In this document: positions 38,079 through 47,123 of the stretch, piece after piece
Layout of the letters: every line of letters starts with the position of its first letter
Position numbering within the stretch: position 1 is the stretch's first letter
Source of the DNA: an uncultured archaeon
GTDB lineage: Archaea > Thermoplasmatota > Penumbrarchaeia > JASLWR01
Length of the DNA stretch: 64,000 nucleotides
Reading direction: 5' to 3'
Assembly: GCA_964342815.1 (NCBI GenBank)
Contig: CAYFHS010000005.1
Span: forward strand, 88,513 to 152,512
Made by a program: the position numbers and the translations under genes
The notes under the pieces: generated by a model
The model's database searches: none
Told to the model about the DNA's origin: nothing
Seen by the model: the letters and a program-made list of their open reading frames with translations, nothing else

Positions 38079-38300
38079 CTAATACCACAGTTCCTTGTCC
38101 TTTTTTTTCTTTTTTTCCTTCATCTTTTCCTCTTGCTCTTTCTTTTTTTCCTCTTCCAAAATCTTTTCTTCTCTTTTTATAATGTGTTTTAACTTGTGAT
38201 GCTTGCAATTCAACCTATTCTGTGGGTGAATGGGACAGTATATGCCCTTTTTGCATACTCTGCAGTCCTCCGCTTTCGGATATGTGACCTTTTTTCTCAA
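38079..38300 (-). CDS. Small Cys/His-rich protein with a Lys/Glu-rich tail
   Basis: CRVCKKGIYCPIH (Cx2Cx5Cx2H); TTG start with an upstream AGGAG. Confidence 0.45.
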   Translation of the reverse strand: MRKKVTYPKAEDCRVCKKGIYCPIHPQNRLNCKHHKLKHIIKREEKILEEEKKKEQEEKMKEKKKKKDKELWY

Positions 38301-38428
38301 TCTACCGTATTTTCTCCTTGGCAGCCAATCACCTATTTTATGGGGTTGCTTTTTCTTATACCGACGAGAAGATATTTAAATGTATGAATATATTATCTGT
38401 CAAAATAGATTAAAGGAGAGAAACCGAA

Positions 38429-38908
38429 ATGACAAAACTGAAAAATTTAAGGTTCAGCATTGGAAATATCATACTTCTTCTCGGCCTTCTCCTCCTGATA
38501 GCGGATTTTGTTTTTCTCGTCTACGCCCGGACGGATATTAACTCGCGAGAGGTGGTTGCCGCCCTGGGGGGTGTCGGCGGTTCCATTGCCTTCATAGCCA
38601 TTGGCATGATAGTTATGAACATAGATCGGAGGATGGGTGAGAAGGGCGTAATGATCGGCAGTAAGGAAAGGCATCAATTAAAAGCCAAGTCGAAGGGAAA
38701 AAAGGTCATCCTCTACGTAGATGACAAACCGGAATTGGAGTTCCACGGATCCTATAGAAGAACGGAAAAGGCCGGGACCATTATAGGCGACGTTGAGAAA
38801 CACAGGGTGGACGTCAAGGTCAGGGTTTCTGCTCTCTCGGGGGACGCGGATAAATGGATCTACGTGGATGACGAACTTGTTTTGAAGGATGAAAAACCAC
38901 TCTGGTAG
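38429..38908 (+). CDS. Hypothetical membrane protein (2 TM helices plus a beta-rich domain)
   Basis: 159-aa ORF; AAAGGAG SD; upstream TTTAAAT box at about 38376. Confidence 0.7.
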   Translation: MTKLKNLRFSIGNIILLLGLLLLIADFVFLVYARTDINSREVVAALGGVGGSIAFIAIGMIVMNIDRRMGEKGVMIGSKERHQLKAKSKGKKVILYVDDKPELEFHGSYRRTEKAGTIIGDVEKHRVDVKVRVSALSGDADKWIYVDDELVLKDEKPLW

Positions 38909-38944
38909 CATAGTTTCCATCCCCCCTGCCCTGTCCCCGACCTT

Positions 38945-39718
38945 ATGTGCAAATGGTTGTTGAAGTACATGGTGAATCAGGAATTAACACCGCTCATCAA
39001 AGAAGTCGCGAATATCATTGCCAACTCGAGAAGCAGTGTTGCACTTACCGGGGCCGGGATATCCGTTGAAAGCGGCGTCCCGCCGTTCAGGGGGAAACAC
39101 GGTCTCTGGGAACGATATGATCCGGTAGAATACGCTCACATCGCAAGTCTAAAAAGGGACCCGGGAAAGGTGTGGCGAATGTTAGGGGAGCTTGTAGTAA
39201 TCTGTCAGGATGCGCAGCCAAACGAAGCTCATATTTCCCTCGCCCGCCTCGAAAAAATGGGGCTTCTGGACGGTATTATCACACAGAACATCGATGGTCT
39301 CCATCAAAAAGCCGGTAGTAGAGAGGTGGTGGAGTTTCACGGCGGCAATACAACCATGTCCTGCATGGGCTGCCGTAAAAAATACCTTAGTAATGATATC
39401 TCTCTTAAAACCATCCCACCCCTGTGCAGCTGCGGGGGTGTGCTGAGACCTGATTTCGTGTTTTTCGGTGAACCCATTCCCCAGGCCTGCATCGATAGAT
39501 CCATAGAACTCGCTGCCAACTGTGAAGTAATGATAATTATTGGTACAACGGGGATCGTAATGCCGTCCGCCCAGATGCCATATCTAGCAAAATCAACCGG
39601 TGCGGAACTTTTCGAAATAAACCCCGAGAAGAGTGCTTTTTCCAATATTGTCGACATATTTCTTCCCGGAAAGGCTGCCGAAACAATGGAATCGATAATG
39701 GCAAATATACCCCACTAG
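38945..39718 (+). CDS. cobB: NAD-dependent protein deacylase (Sir2/CobB family)
   Basis: TGAGISVESGVPPFRG, TQNIDGLHQKAG, EFHG, two CxxC, LRPDFVFFGE and EINPE motifs. Confidence 0.95.
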   Translation: MCKWLLKYMVNQELTPLIKEVANIIANSRSSVALTGAGISVESGVPPFRGKHGLWERYDPVEYAHIASLKRDPGKVWRMLGELVVICQDAQPNEAHISLARLEKMGLLDGIITQNIDGLHQKAGSREVVEFHGGNTTMSCMGCRKKYLSNDISLKTIPPLCSCGGVLRPDFVFFGEPIPQACIDRSIELAANCEVMIIIGTTGIVMPSAQMPYLAKSTGAELFEINPEKSAFSNIVDIFLPGKAAETMESIMANIPH

Positions 39719-39719
39719 C

Positions 39720-40658
39720 TCAATCAAAGACTGTCGGATTTTTACAGAATTTCGGTCCTTTTCCGGAGAGGACGTCGAGTATTCCTTCCGCCGTCATTGT
39801 TCCCGCTCTTATCTGGGCCTCCTTGGTATTTGCCCCAAGATGAGGGGTGAAAATAACATTATCCAGCGTAAGAAGAGGATGGTCGGCGGGCATGGGTTCC
39901 TTTTCGTAGACATCCAGTGTGGCACCCGCGATCTCCCCGGCTTTAAGGGCCCGGTAGAGGGCTTGCTCATCCACCACACCTCCACGGGCGCAGTTTACCA
40001 GCACGGCATTATTTTTCATAATTTTGAACTGCTCATCGGAAATCATTCCGGCAGTCTCTTCCGTCTTGGGTAAATGAAGAGAGATGTAGTCGCATTTTTT
40101 TAACAGATCGTCGAAATCCACGAGTTCGGCGTCAAGATTATAGTTACATACAATATCGTTATATATTATCTCCATACCGAAAGCTCGGCCCAGTTCAGCA
40201 GTCAGGTGGCCGATATGACCGCAACCCAGAAGTCCAAGGGTTTTCCCATACAGTTCGCTTCCCATCAATTTGGATTTCTCCCATTTCCCCTCTTTTACGG
40301 AATTGGTACCTTTGACAATATTCCTGGCAAACGCCAACATGTGCCCCATGGCAAGCTCTGCCACAGAGTGGGTCGACCCGGTGGGAGCAAATACTACCGG
40401 GATTCTCATTTCCGTTGCCTTTGCAACGTCGATATTGTCAACTCCGATACCTGCTCGTCCAATTACCTTCAGTTTTGTTGCATTTTTGAATATCCTTGGA
40501 TCATGAACCTTAGTTGCGCTGCGGATTAAAATGGCATCAAATTCCGCTATCTTTTCTACGAGCTGCTCCAGCTCATAATGGTGTGCTGTTACTTCATGCT
40601 CTTTTTCGAGAACATCTATTGCTTCGAGGGGTGTTTTGTCGTTTATCAACACTTTCAT
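39720..40658 (-). CDS. serA: D-3-phosphoglycerate / D-2-hydroxyacid dehydrogenase (no ACT domain)
   Basis: IRSATKV, RAGIGVDNID, GKTLGLLG.GHIG, VNCARGGVVDE, LDVYEKEP and TPHLGANT motifs; likely start MKVLIN. The gene symbol is a family-level call only. Confidence 0.85.
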   Translation of the reverse strand: MKVLINDKTPLEAIDVLEKEHEVTAHHYELEQLVEKIAEFDAILIRSATKVHDPRIFKNATKLKVIGRAGIGVDNIDVAKATEMRIPVVFAPTGSTHSVAELAMGHMLAFARNIVKGTNSVKEGKWEKSKLMGSELYGKTLGLLGCGHIGHLTAELGRAFGMEIIYNDIVCNYNLDAELVDFDDLLKKCDYISLHLPKTEETAGMISDEQFKIMKNNAVLVNCARGGVVDEQALYRALKAGEIAGATLDVYEKEPMPADHPLLTLDNVIFTPHLGANTKEAQIRAGTMTAEGILDVLSGKGPKFCKNPTVFD

Positions 40659-41102
40659 GTTTCCACCGTTCACCTGTTATGATGGAGGTGATGATAAATC
40701 TATCGGATTTTTTTCCTGATGCTGAAATACAATTAGTATTCATCGTAAGAGAATATCCATAGTTCAATCATTTTTCCAGATAATATGAGGTTTCAATAAT
40801 TATAAAAATTCTGCCTGAAAACGATACCTTGTCTATCGGGATCGGTGTATCTGAAAGGAAATATACTGTTAAAGGATGACGATATTCAACCAATTATGGA
40901 TGGGGGCGTAATGATAACACACATGAGGTAGAAAATAATAAATAGTTATAAATAAAATCATTCCATGTTCATGAGCACTGCCGTATTGACAGTCTTTAAA
41001 CGGTACTATAATTCCGAACAGAAGATGGAACAGGGCAGATGTCTGTGGCATAGAGAGTATCTAAAAACATCCCAAAGTTCTTGGAATTCGGAGGCTTCGA
41101 AT

Positions 41103-44100
41103 ATGGAGATATTTAAGGTAACGGCATTGAGTATAGTGGGTTTCTTGCTTTTGGCCGGTCTGGCCTTTGCAGTGTCAAACATCCTGGTCAGCAGTGAATT
41201 TACTGAAGCGGAAGATATTGATTCATGGCCGGAAGCAGAGAAAACTCCCGGAATAGTAATGTCGGACTCCGACTTTTGGGATGACAACAAGAACGGCCAA
41301 TGGGACGAGGGTGAAGAAGAACAAATGCCAGATAAATTGAGTGATATAGAGGAGAACTACATCTATGGTACCAATGCGACGAATCCGGATACCGATGGAG
41401 ACGGAATGCTGGATGGTTGGGAAGCCTTCTACATGGTGAAGAATCCCGTAACCGGGAAGTATACCATCGATCCCAATGTACCTGATGCCGGTTCCAACCC
41501 TGACGGAGACGGACTGGACCTTACGAGGACCGGTGTCCTAAATTCCCATATTTCACTTACTGCAGAGTGGGACGGTGGGGAGAACTTTACCAATCTGGAA
41601 GAGTATTGCGGTGGTAAGATTCAGGACCTCATCGAGAATGTCGAAAGGTTATTGACAACCGATAAATTCGACCTTCTCCAGGAGATCGCAAAGGGGGGCG
41701 GTTTCCATCTCTGCGAAAATTTCGAGAATCCCACCTCCGAAAAGGGCGAAAATTTCACTTATGAATCCTACAATCCCTGGCAGCAGCGTCACAGTAAAAA
41801 CCCCGTATACGTAACCACGAACCCATCGTCATTCGATTCGGATAACGATGGAATGGGCGATTACTATGAGTTGTATCACGGTGGAACCGATCGGCCGGAT
41901 GCGGCCTGGGGTGGAGCGAAGGCCTGGGAGGGAGAGGAGATGTACGTGTTCAACGAATCGAGGAGAAGCTATGATCCGTTCATCTACAATTTTGCTCTCG
42001 ATCCACTGAATCATGCCGATGCGAACCATGATATCGACATAGCTCTCATCTATTCCTACAGTCACGTGCCGCTTGGGGGTGGTTATACAGTTGGAAATAA
42101 TTTCGTCGGTAAAAAGGAGTTTCGACCGGATGGACTCACAAACAAGGAGGAGTATTTGAAGGGAACTGACCCATTGAACTGGGATACCGATGGAGACACC
42201 TTCGAAAGACCGGACGGCAGTGAATTGGAATACGATGACGGCACCGAGGTTGGTAATGTTAGCGCATACAAGACGGACCCAACAGATCCCGATACCGACG
42301 GTGACGGAATGTGGGACGCATGGGAGACCTATTATGGCTTGAATCCCCTGAACGCTTCGGATCGTTTCCTCGATCTGGATGGTGATGCATTACCCAATTA
42401 CCTTGAATTTGCCTACCCGGCCCCGGATCAGAAATGGTGGGGCTCAACGGATCCGCTGAACCCGGATACCGATGATGACGGCCTGGCAGATGGATGGGAA
42501 GCATACAATGCATTATTGACCGATCTTGTGACGAATGACCCGGATATTGATCCCACGGATGTTCAGTATTATGTTACGAGCCTTGATCCCACCATTGCGG
42601 ATTCCGACAAGGATGTGGACACTATATGGGTAGACAAGAACGGAAACGAGATAATCGATCCGGGTGAGTTCATAGAAACGCCGGATAACGTAACGAACCT
42701 GAAGGAATTTTCAGGAACGAAACTCTATCCGTATGGTACCGATCCCAATGATCCCGATACCGATGATGACGATCTTACCGACGGCCAAGAAATATTGACT
42801 GGCTTCCCCGGTGAACTCATCGATGGTATTTATTATACCGTACAAGGTTTTGTTGCGAAATATTACACAAATGCCACCAATCCTGATACCGACATGGATT
42901 ACAATACGAAGGACAAGAGCCGAAAATTGGACGATTGGGAAGAGGTGAACGGACAAACCCGTGACGGGCTTATAAACTTCCCGTCAACCAATGCCTCGAA
43001 CCCCGATACCGATCTTGACGGACTTAATGATGTGGAAGAGGTTTTTGGTGTTTGGATGGAGGATTTCGGCCTGGTAACCCCCAATCCGTGCAACAAGGAT
43101 ACCGATTTCGATGAATTGGCAGATGCGGAAGAGGTTTACTCCATTTACGGTTATATAACCCACCCCAACCTCCCTGATACCGACTTCGACCAATTGCTTG
43201 ATGGTCAGGAAGTACTTTCAGATTTCTATCCTTACAGGGATGATCGAAATGACGGGAAGATAGATAGTTCCGATCCCAGAAATGAGGATACGGACGGCGA
43301 CGGTCTCCTGGATGGATGGGAGGCTCTTCACGGCTCTACCCGACAGATAGAATTCATTCAATACTATTCCGATTTCCACGGCAGTAACATATGGTTCGAT
43401 GCCCAGTTTGCATCAAATGAATATGATCGGCCGTTCACAGGAAGTTGGGAGAATTTCCTGGATATAGATGGTGACGGTCTTGTGGACCGCGAACTGCCTG
43501 CAGTGTATGTTATTAATCCACTATATGCCTATGATGGAGATGATGACGCGGATAACGATGGTCTTAACAATAAGCAGGAAGAGGAGAACACCACCGAACC
43601 GCTGGATCCCGATACTGACGGGGACGAGCTGCCCGACGGCTGGGAAATAAAGTACAGGACATGGGTGAACAAACCATCCACCGGCAAGTGGGGCTGGTAT
43701 CTCGATCCGACACAGAAGAACTCCATGGGTATCGAGAAAGATGATATCGTAGAATTGCAGGTGTGGGATGACGAGATAGGTGCGACCATATCAAAGGAGA
43801 TTTCCGGAAAGATCGAGGTCAGGATATGGAACGAGGAGAAGGGTGAGATAGAAGATGTGCAGCAGGAGATCACGGATGGTCACTGGTCATTGGACTATCA
43901 AGGTCAAACTTGGTATCCCGACGGTGCATATTACTCCATGGTGGACAAGGACGAGATCGATCCTCTCACCGATAAACCCATGATGAAGAGGTATTATCAT
44001 CCCCTGACAACGAAGATGGAATTCGAATTCGGAGAATGGGATCCGATAAACGGGATCGATACCACATTGAATCCCAACAACTTCGACTGCGATCGGGACG

Positions 44101-44606
44101 GTATGCCGGACGGTGTGGAGATTTTCTACATGGATGCCCCCTACAATTCTTCTAATATCAACGAATTCGAGGACAATGACACCCTAGGTAGAGGATGGGA
44201 AGATCTATTCAATCTTACTTCCGCCCTTTACGATACCGATTACAAACCTGTAGGTCATGAGATCGCCCCCGAGCTCTACAAGGGGAAATTCTGGGCCTCG
44301 AAAGATGACTCCGATCTTAACGGTATCTTGGATGGTGACGAGGATTACGATGGTGACGGATGGAACAACTCGGCGGAAGCCCGGGGCAACAGCGATCCCA
44401 CGGATGCCGAATCCGTACCCAATCACGATCCATACAAGACTCCCGAAAGCCCGAACAGGGGGAGTACGAGAGGCGAGGAAAATACCGATCCCATAAAGGA
44501 AACCACTGAATATACCCTGACGGAAATAACTGACAAAAGTGAAAGCGTGAATACCTACGAGGTCCAGGTAAAGAAGGCCGAAATTGCAGTGGTGAAAAAA
44601 AGATAG
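41103..44606 (+). CDS. Secreted or N-anchored acidic protein with many bacterial thrombospondin-type-3 (Ca-binding) repeats
   Basis: More than 10 DTD(G/D)DGxxDGxE units with DPxxPD motifs; hydrophobic N-terminus from the likely start MEIFKVTALSIV (ORF-track start 40965). Confidence 0.85.
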   Translation: MEIFKVTALSIVGFLLLAGLAFAVSNILVSSEFTEAEDIDSWPEAEKTPGIVMSDSDFWDDNKNGQWDEGEEEQMPDKLSDIEENYIYGTNATNPDTDGDGMLDGWEAFYMVKNPVTGKYTIDPNVPDAGSNPDGDGLDLTRTGVLNSHISLTAEWDGGENFTNLEEYCGGKIQDLIENVERLLTTDKFDLLQEIAKGGGFHLCENFENPTSEKGENFTYESYNPWQQRHSKNPVYVTTNPSSFDSDNDGMGDYYELYHGGTDRPDAAWGGAKAWEGEEMYVFNESRRSYDPFIYNFALDPLNHADANHDIDIALIYSYSHVPLGGGYTVGNNFVGKKEFRPDGLTNKEEYLKGTDPLNWDTDGDTFERPDGSELEYDDGTEVGNVSAYKTDPTDPDTDGDGMWDAWETYYGLNPLNASDRFLDLDGDALPNYLEFAYPAPDQKWWGSTDPLNPDTDDDGLADGWEAYNALLTDLVTNDPDIDPTDVQYYVTSLDPTIADSDKDVDTIWVDKNGNEIIDPGEFIETPDNVTNLKEFSGTKLYPYGTDPNDPDTDDDDLTDGQEILTGFPGELIDGIYYTVQGFVAKYYTNATNPDTDMDYNTKDKSRKLDDWEEVNGQTRDGLINFPSTNASNPDTDLDGLNDVEEVFGVWMEDFGLVTPNPCNKDTDFDELADAEEVYSIYGYITHPNLPDTDFDQLLDGQEVLSDFYPYRDDRNDGKIDSSDPRNEDTDGDGLLDGWEALHGSTRQIEFIQYYSDFHGSNIWFDAQFASNEYDRPFTGSWENFLDIDGDGLVDRELPAVYVINPLYAYDGDDDADNDGLNNKQEEENTTEPLDPDTDGDELPDGWEIKYRTWVNKPSTGKWGWYLDPTQKNSMGIEKDDIVELQVWDDEIGATISKEISGKIEVRIWNEEKGEIEDVQQEITDGHWSLDYQGQTWYPDGAYYSMVDKDEIDPLTDKPMMKRYYHPLTTKMEFEFGEWDPINGIDTTLNPNNFDCDRDGMPDGVEIFYMDAPYNSSNINEFEDNDTLGRGWEDLFNLTSALYDTDYKPVGHEIAPELYKGKFWASKDDSDLNGILDGDEDYDGDGWNNSAEARGNSDPTDAESVPNHDPYKTPESPNRGSTRGEENTDPIKETTEYTLTEITDKSESVNTYEVQVKKAEIAVVKKR

Positions 44607-45099
44607 AATTTACTCTTAATGTTTGACATTTTCCGTAAGGATTGCGTATCTTTTGGTGTATCAAAGATGATTTTTTTTTAATAGAATACCCTAGGGTAAC
44701 TATAGGAAAAAATGGGAAGAAAAATAAGCTGCATCGAGAAAAGGCGGAAAAGGACAGGACCAGTTGCCAGAGGGAGGGGATGGGATGTGCTCTTTGATAG
44801 TCTAAACAGGTAGCGTGAGCCATTGTTAAGACGTAAAAAAGAAGGCAAGGAAATAATCCTTACGGTCCTGCCCGAACGAATCATTACGGTCACTATATTT
44901 AAATATTTTCTTACATTTATCAAAGATGATATGGCCTTTCAGACCGTGCTCTATATCAACAGGGGTTATAAGGTTGTGCCAGTAAAAAAAATCCGCAATG
45001 GTTTTTTAGAATGTACCGAGAAAGTATTTATAAGAGATATTTGGATAAACAGAGTGATAATTTGAATCAGTTTAAAATGACCTTTAGAAGGTTGATACA

Positions 45100-45471
45100 A
45101 TGACCACGAGATACGGTGAGGATAAGAAAAGATACGAGCTTATGATCAATCAGGCCATCAAATATTTCACCAAGGCAGAATGGTTTGTCAAATCATATCC
45201 AATTGAAAGTCCCAATGGAAAACCCGACCCGATCGGTTCTCATATTCCGGAGGTCTGGGCGAAAAAGGACGACAAGGTCATTATCATGGCAGTGGAGACC
45301 TGCAAGTCAATAGACACGGAGGATGCAAAATTCAGGTTCAGGGAGTTCTCCCGTGCGGAGGGTGTAAGTTTTCACGTCGCGATCCCCAAGGACTGCAAGT
45401 TCAAAGCACAGGAAATGGCAAAAAAATGGAACACGCCCGTGGAAAAGATCTGGACCTTTTCCAAGTATTAG
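45100..45471 (+). CDS. Hypothetical 123-aa protein, possible PD-(D/E)XK nuclease-like fold
   Basis: HIPEVWAKK...IMAVETCKS resembles PD...ExE/K catalytic spacing, but with E in place of D. Confidence 0.6.
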   Translation: MTTRYGEDKKRYELMINQAIKYFTKAEWFVKSYPIESPNGKPDPIGSHIPEVWAKKDDKVIIMAVETCKSIDTEDAKFRFREFSRAEGVSFHVAIPKDCKFKAQEMAKKWNTPVEKIWTFSKY

Positions 45472-45549
45472 TGATTTTACGGGGTTTTCCGGATAAAATA
45501 AATTGATTTTGCTATGCCGTGAAAAGGTTATTTGATTGATGAGATCGAT

Positions 45550-45633
45550 GCGGAGATGGCCCAGCCCGGTAAGGCGATGGACTGCTAATCCATTGACGTT
45601 TACGTCACGAGGGTTCGAATCCCTCTCTCCGCG
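45550..45633 (+). tRNA. tRNA-Ser (anticodon GCT)
   Basis: Acceptor stem GCGGAGA/TCTCCGC; anticodon arm ATGGA-ctGCTaa-TCCAT (GCT at 45584-86); long variable arm GACGTTTACGTC; T-loop GGTTCGAATCC; CCA not encoded. Confidence 0.97.
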
Positions 45634-45756
45634 CTTATTTCCCTTGTATCGGCCTTGTCCGCCCGGTACATTTTGAACCATATCGTAATATGAAAAAGTG
45701 TATTTGGTCAACAAATGCAGGGTTCGGGGACGCAATAAATACAGGGAGCAAAACAG

Positions 45757-47115
45757 ATGGAGCATAGGGCCGCATTCATTGTCGTATCCATGATATTTTT
45801 CGGATGTATTTTAGTACTGGGCTCACCGGAAGCGGACGCAATGTCCATAAAGGGTTCCATAACATGCCTTTCAAACAGCCGTGACGTTGATCCCGGCGGC
45901 ACCGCGGATTTTCTCCTGAACGTAAGCGTGAACACCAGTGGACTTGGAGTGAATTACCAGGGAGTCAGAGTAACCCTGTCTGTGGACGACGGAAGTCTGG
46001 GCACCAATCTATCTGTGGATATAATGAGCTTCGATCCGGGAGGGGGTATGAGAACGGTTATTCTCAATGTATCAGTACCCCGCAATGCGGTCCACGGTCA
46101 GGTGCGTTTGATGGTGACCGGCCAGGCCAGGCCAGTCACCGGTCCCGTTACTGGAATAAGGTCCTTCGAGCTGGAACCGGTTGAATGCCTGGTCAATGTC
46201 ACCCGGACGAGAGGTGTGGCCCTTTCACGAAAGCCCATCGATCTTGATCTATATCAGGGGGAGAGAGGCACGGTGAACGTGACCATCGAAAACCTGGGTA
46301 ATGCATGGGAGAACGTGCATCTCGGTCTGAGGTACGGGAGTCTTTCAGGTATTGAAGCGCATTTGTCCCAGAATACCCTGAACCTATCGCCATTCAGCAA
46401 TGCGCAGGTCGGTTTAACGGTGGATGCGGCAGGGGATGCTTCATTCCTCGAACACGAATTTATTATCGCAGCAACCATGGATGGCGACCTGGAAGGCAAC
46501 TACAGGCAAGAGATAGACGTGAAAGTGAAAGTAGTGATAAAGCCCGAACCAACTGGAAAGCCATTCGAGGTGAGAGGCGACCCCTTAGAACTTGAGCGGT
46601 CCAGCAGGGACATTGACGTGCTCATTCGTTATTCTTACATCAGCCTTGGTACCGACCGGATGGAGATGAAGGTATCGGGAAAGGCAGGTGGCCCGTCACT
46701 CACGAGGGTTAAACTCTATCTCGTGTTCCGTCGCGAACTTGCCGGTGATAAGGAATGGGAATGGGAACCTATAGGCATTTCGAAGAATTCCCCTCAGTGG
46801 AATAAATGGGAATCCGATGTGGTGATAATGGATGCGGATTCATATCTTCCAGCCTATTTGAGGAATCTGAACGGTTCGGAAAACGTCTATTTAGTCGCCA
46901 TTGGGCTAGATCCCGACTACTACTACAATTATGATATTGTCACCAAAAATGCAGGAGACATGGTTTACCTTGACCCCGTTGTGGCGCCCACTGAGGCAGG
47001 TGATGAGCTTATCACGGTTTTCGGCATGGATGGAGGCAAGCTGATCTTGGTATCCGTTATCGTTGTGACCATCGGTCTGCTTCTTATAATACTGGTGGCA
47101 AGAACGAGGTCGTAA
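45757..47115 (+). CDS. Surface protein: signal peptide, Ig-like (NEW3/CARDB-like) domains, C-terminal TM
   Basis: N-terminal hydrophobic segment ending PEADA; VTIENLGNAWE; terminal TM followed by RTRS. Confidence 0.78.
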   Translation: MEHRAAFIVVSMIFFGCILVLGSPEADAMSIKGSITCLSNSRDVDPGGTADFLLNVSVNTSGLGVNYQGVRVTLSVDDGSLGTNLSVDIMSFDPGGGMRTVILNVSVPRNAVHGQVRLMVTGQARPVTGPVTGIRSFELEPVECLVNVTRTRGVALSRKPIDLDLYQGERGTVNVTIENLGNAWENVHLGLRYGSLSGIEAHLSQNTLNLSPFSNAQVGLTVDAAGDASFLEHEFIIAATMDGDLEGNYRQEIDVKVKVVIKPEPTGKPFEVRGDPLELERSSRDIDVLIRYSYISLGTDRMEMKVSGKAGGPSLTRVKLYLVFRRELAGDKEWEWEPIGISKNSPQWNKWESDVVIMDADSYLPAYLRNLNGSENVYLVAIGLDPDYYYNYDIVTKNAGDMVYLDPVVAPTEAGDELITVFGMDGGKLILVSVIVVTIGLLLIILVARTRS

Positions 47116-47123
47116 AGAATTTA

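Noticed and set aside
45550-47115. Genomic island integrated at tRNA-Ser
   Set aside because: No integrase, no duplicated tRNA 3' end and no clear composition boundary seen.
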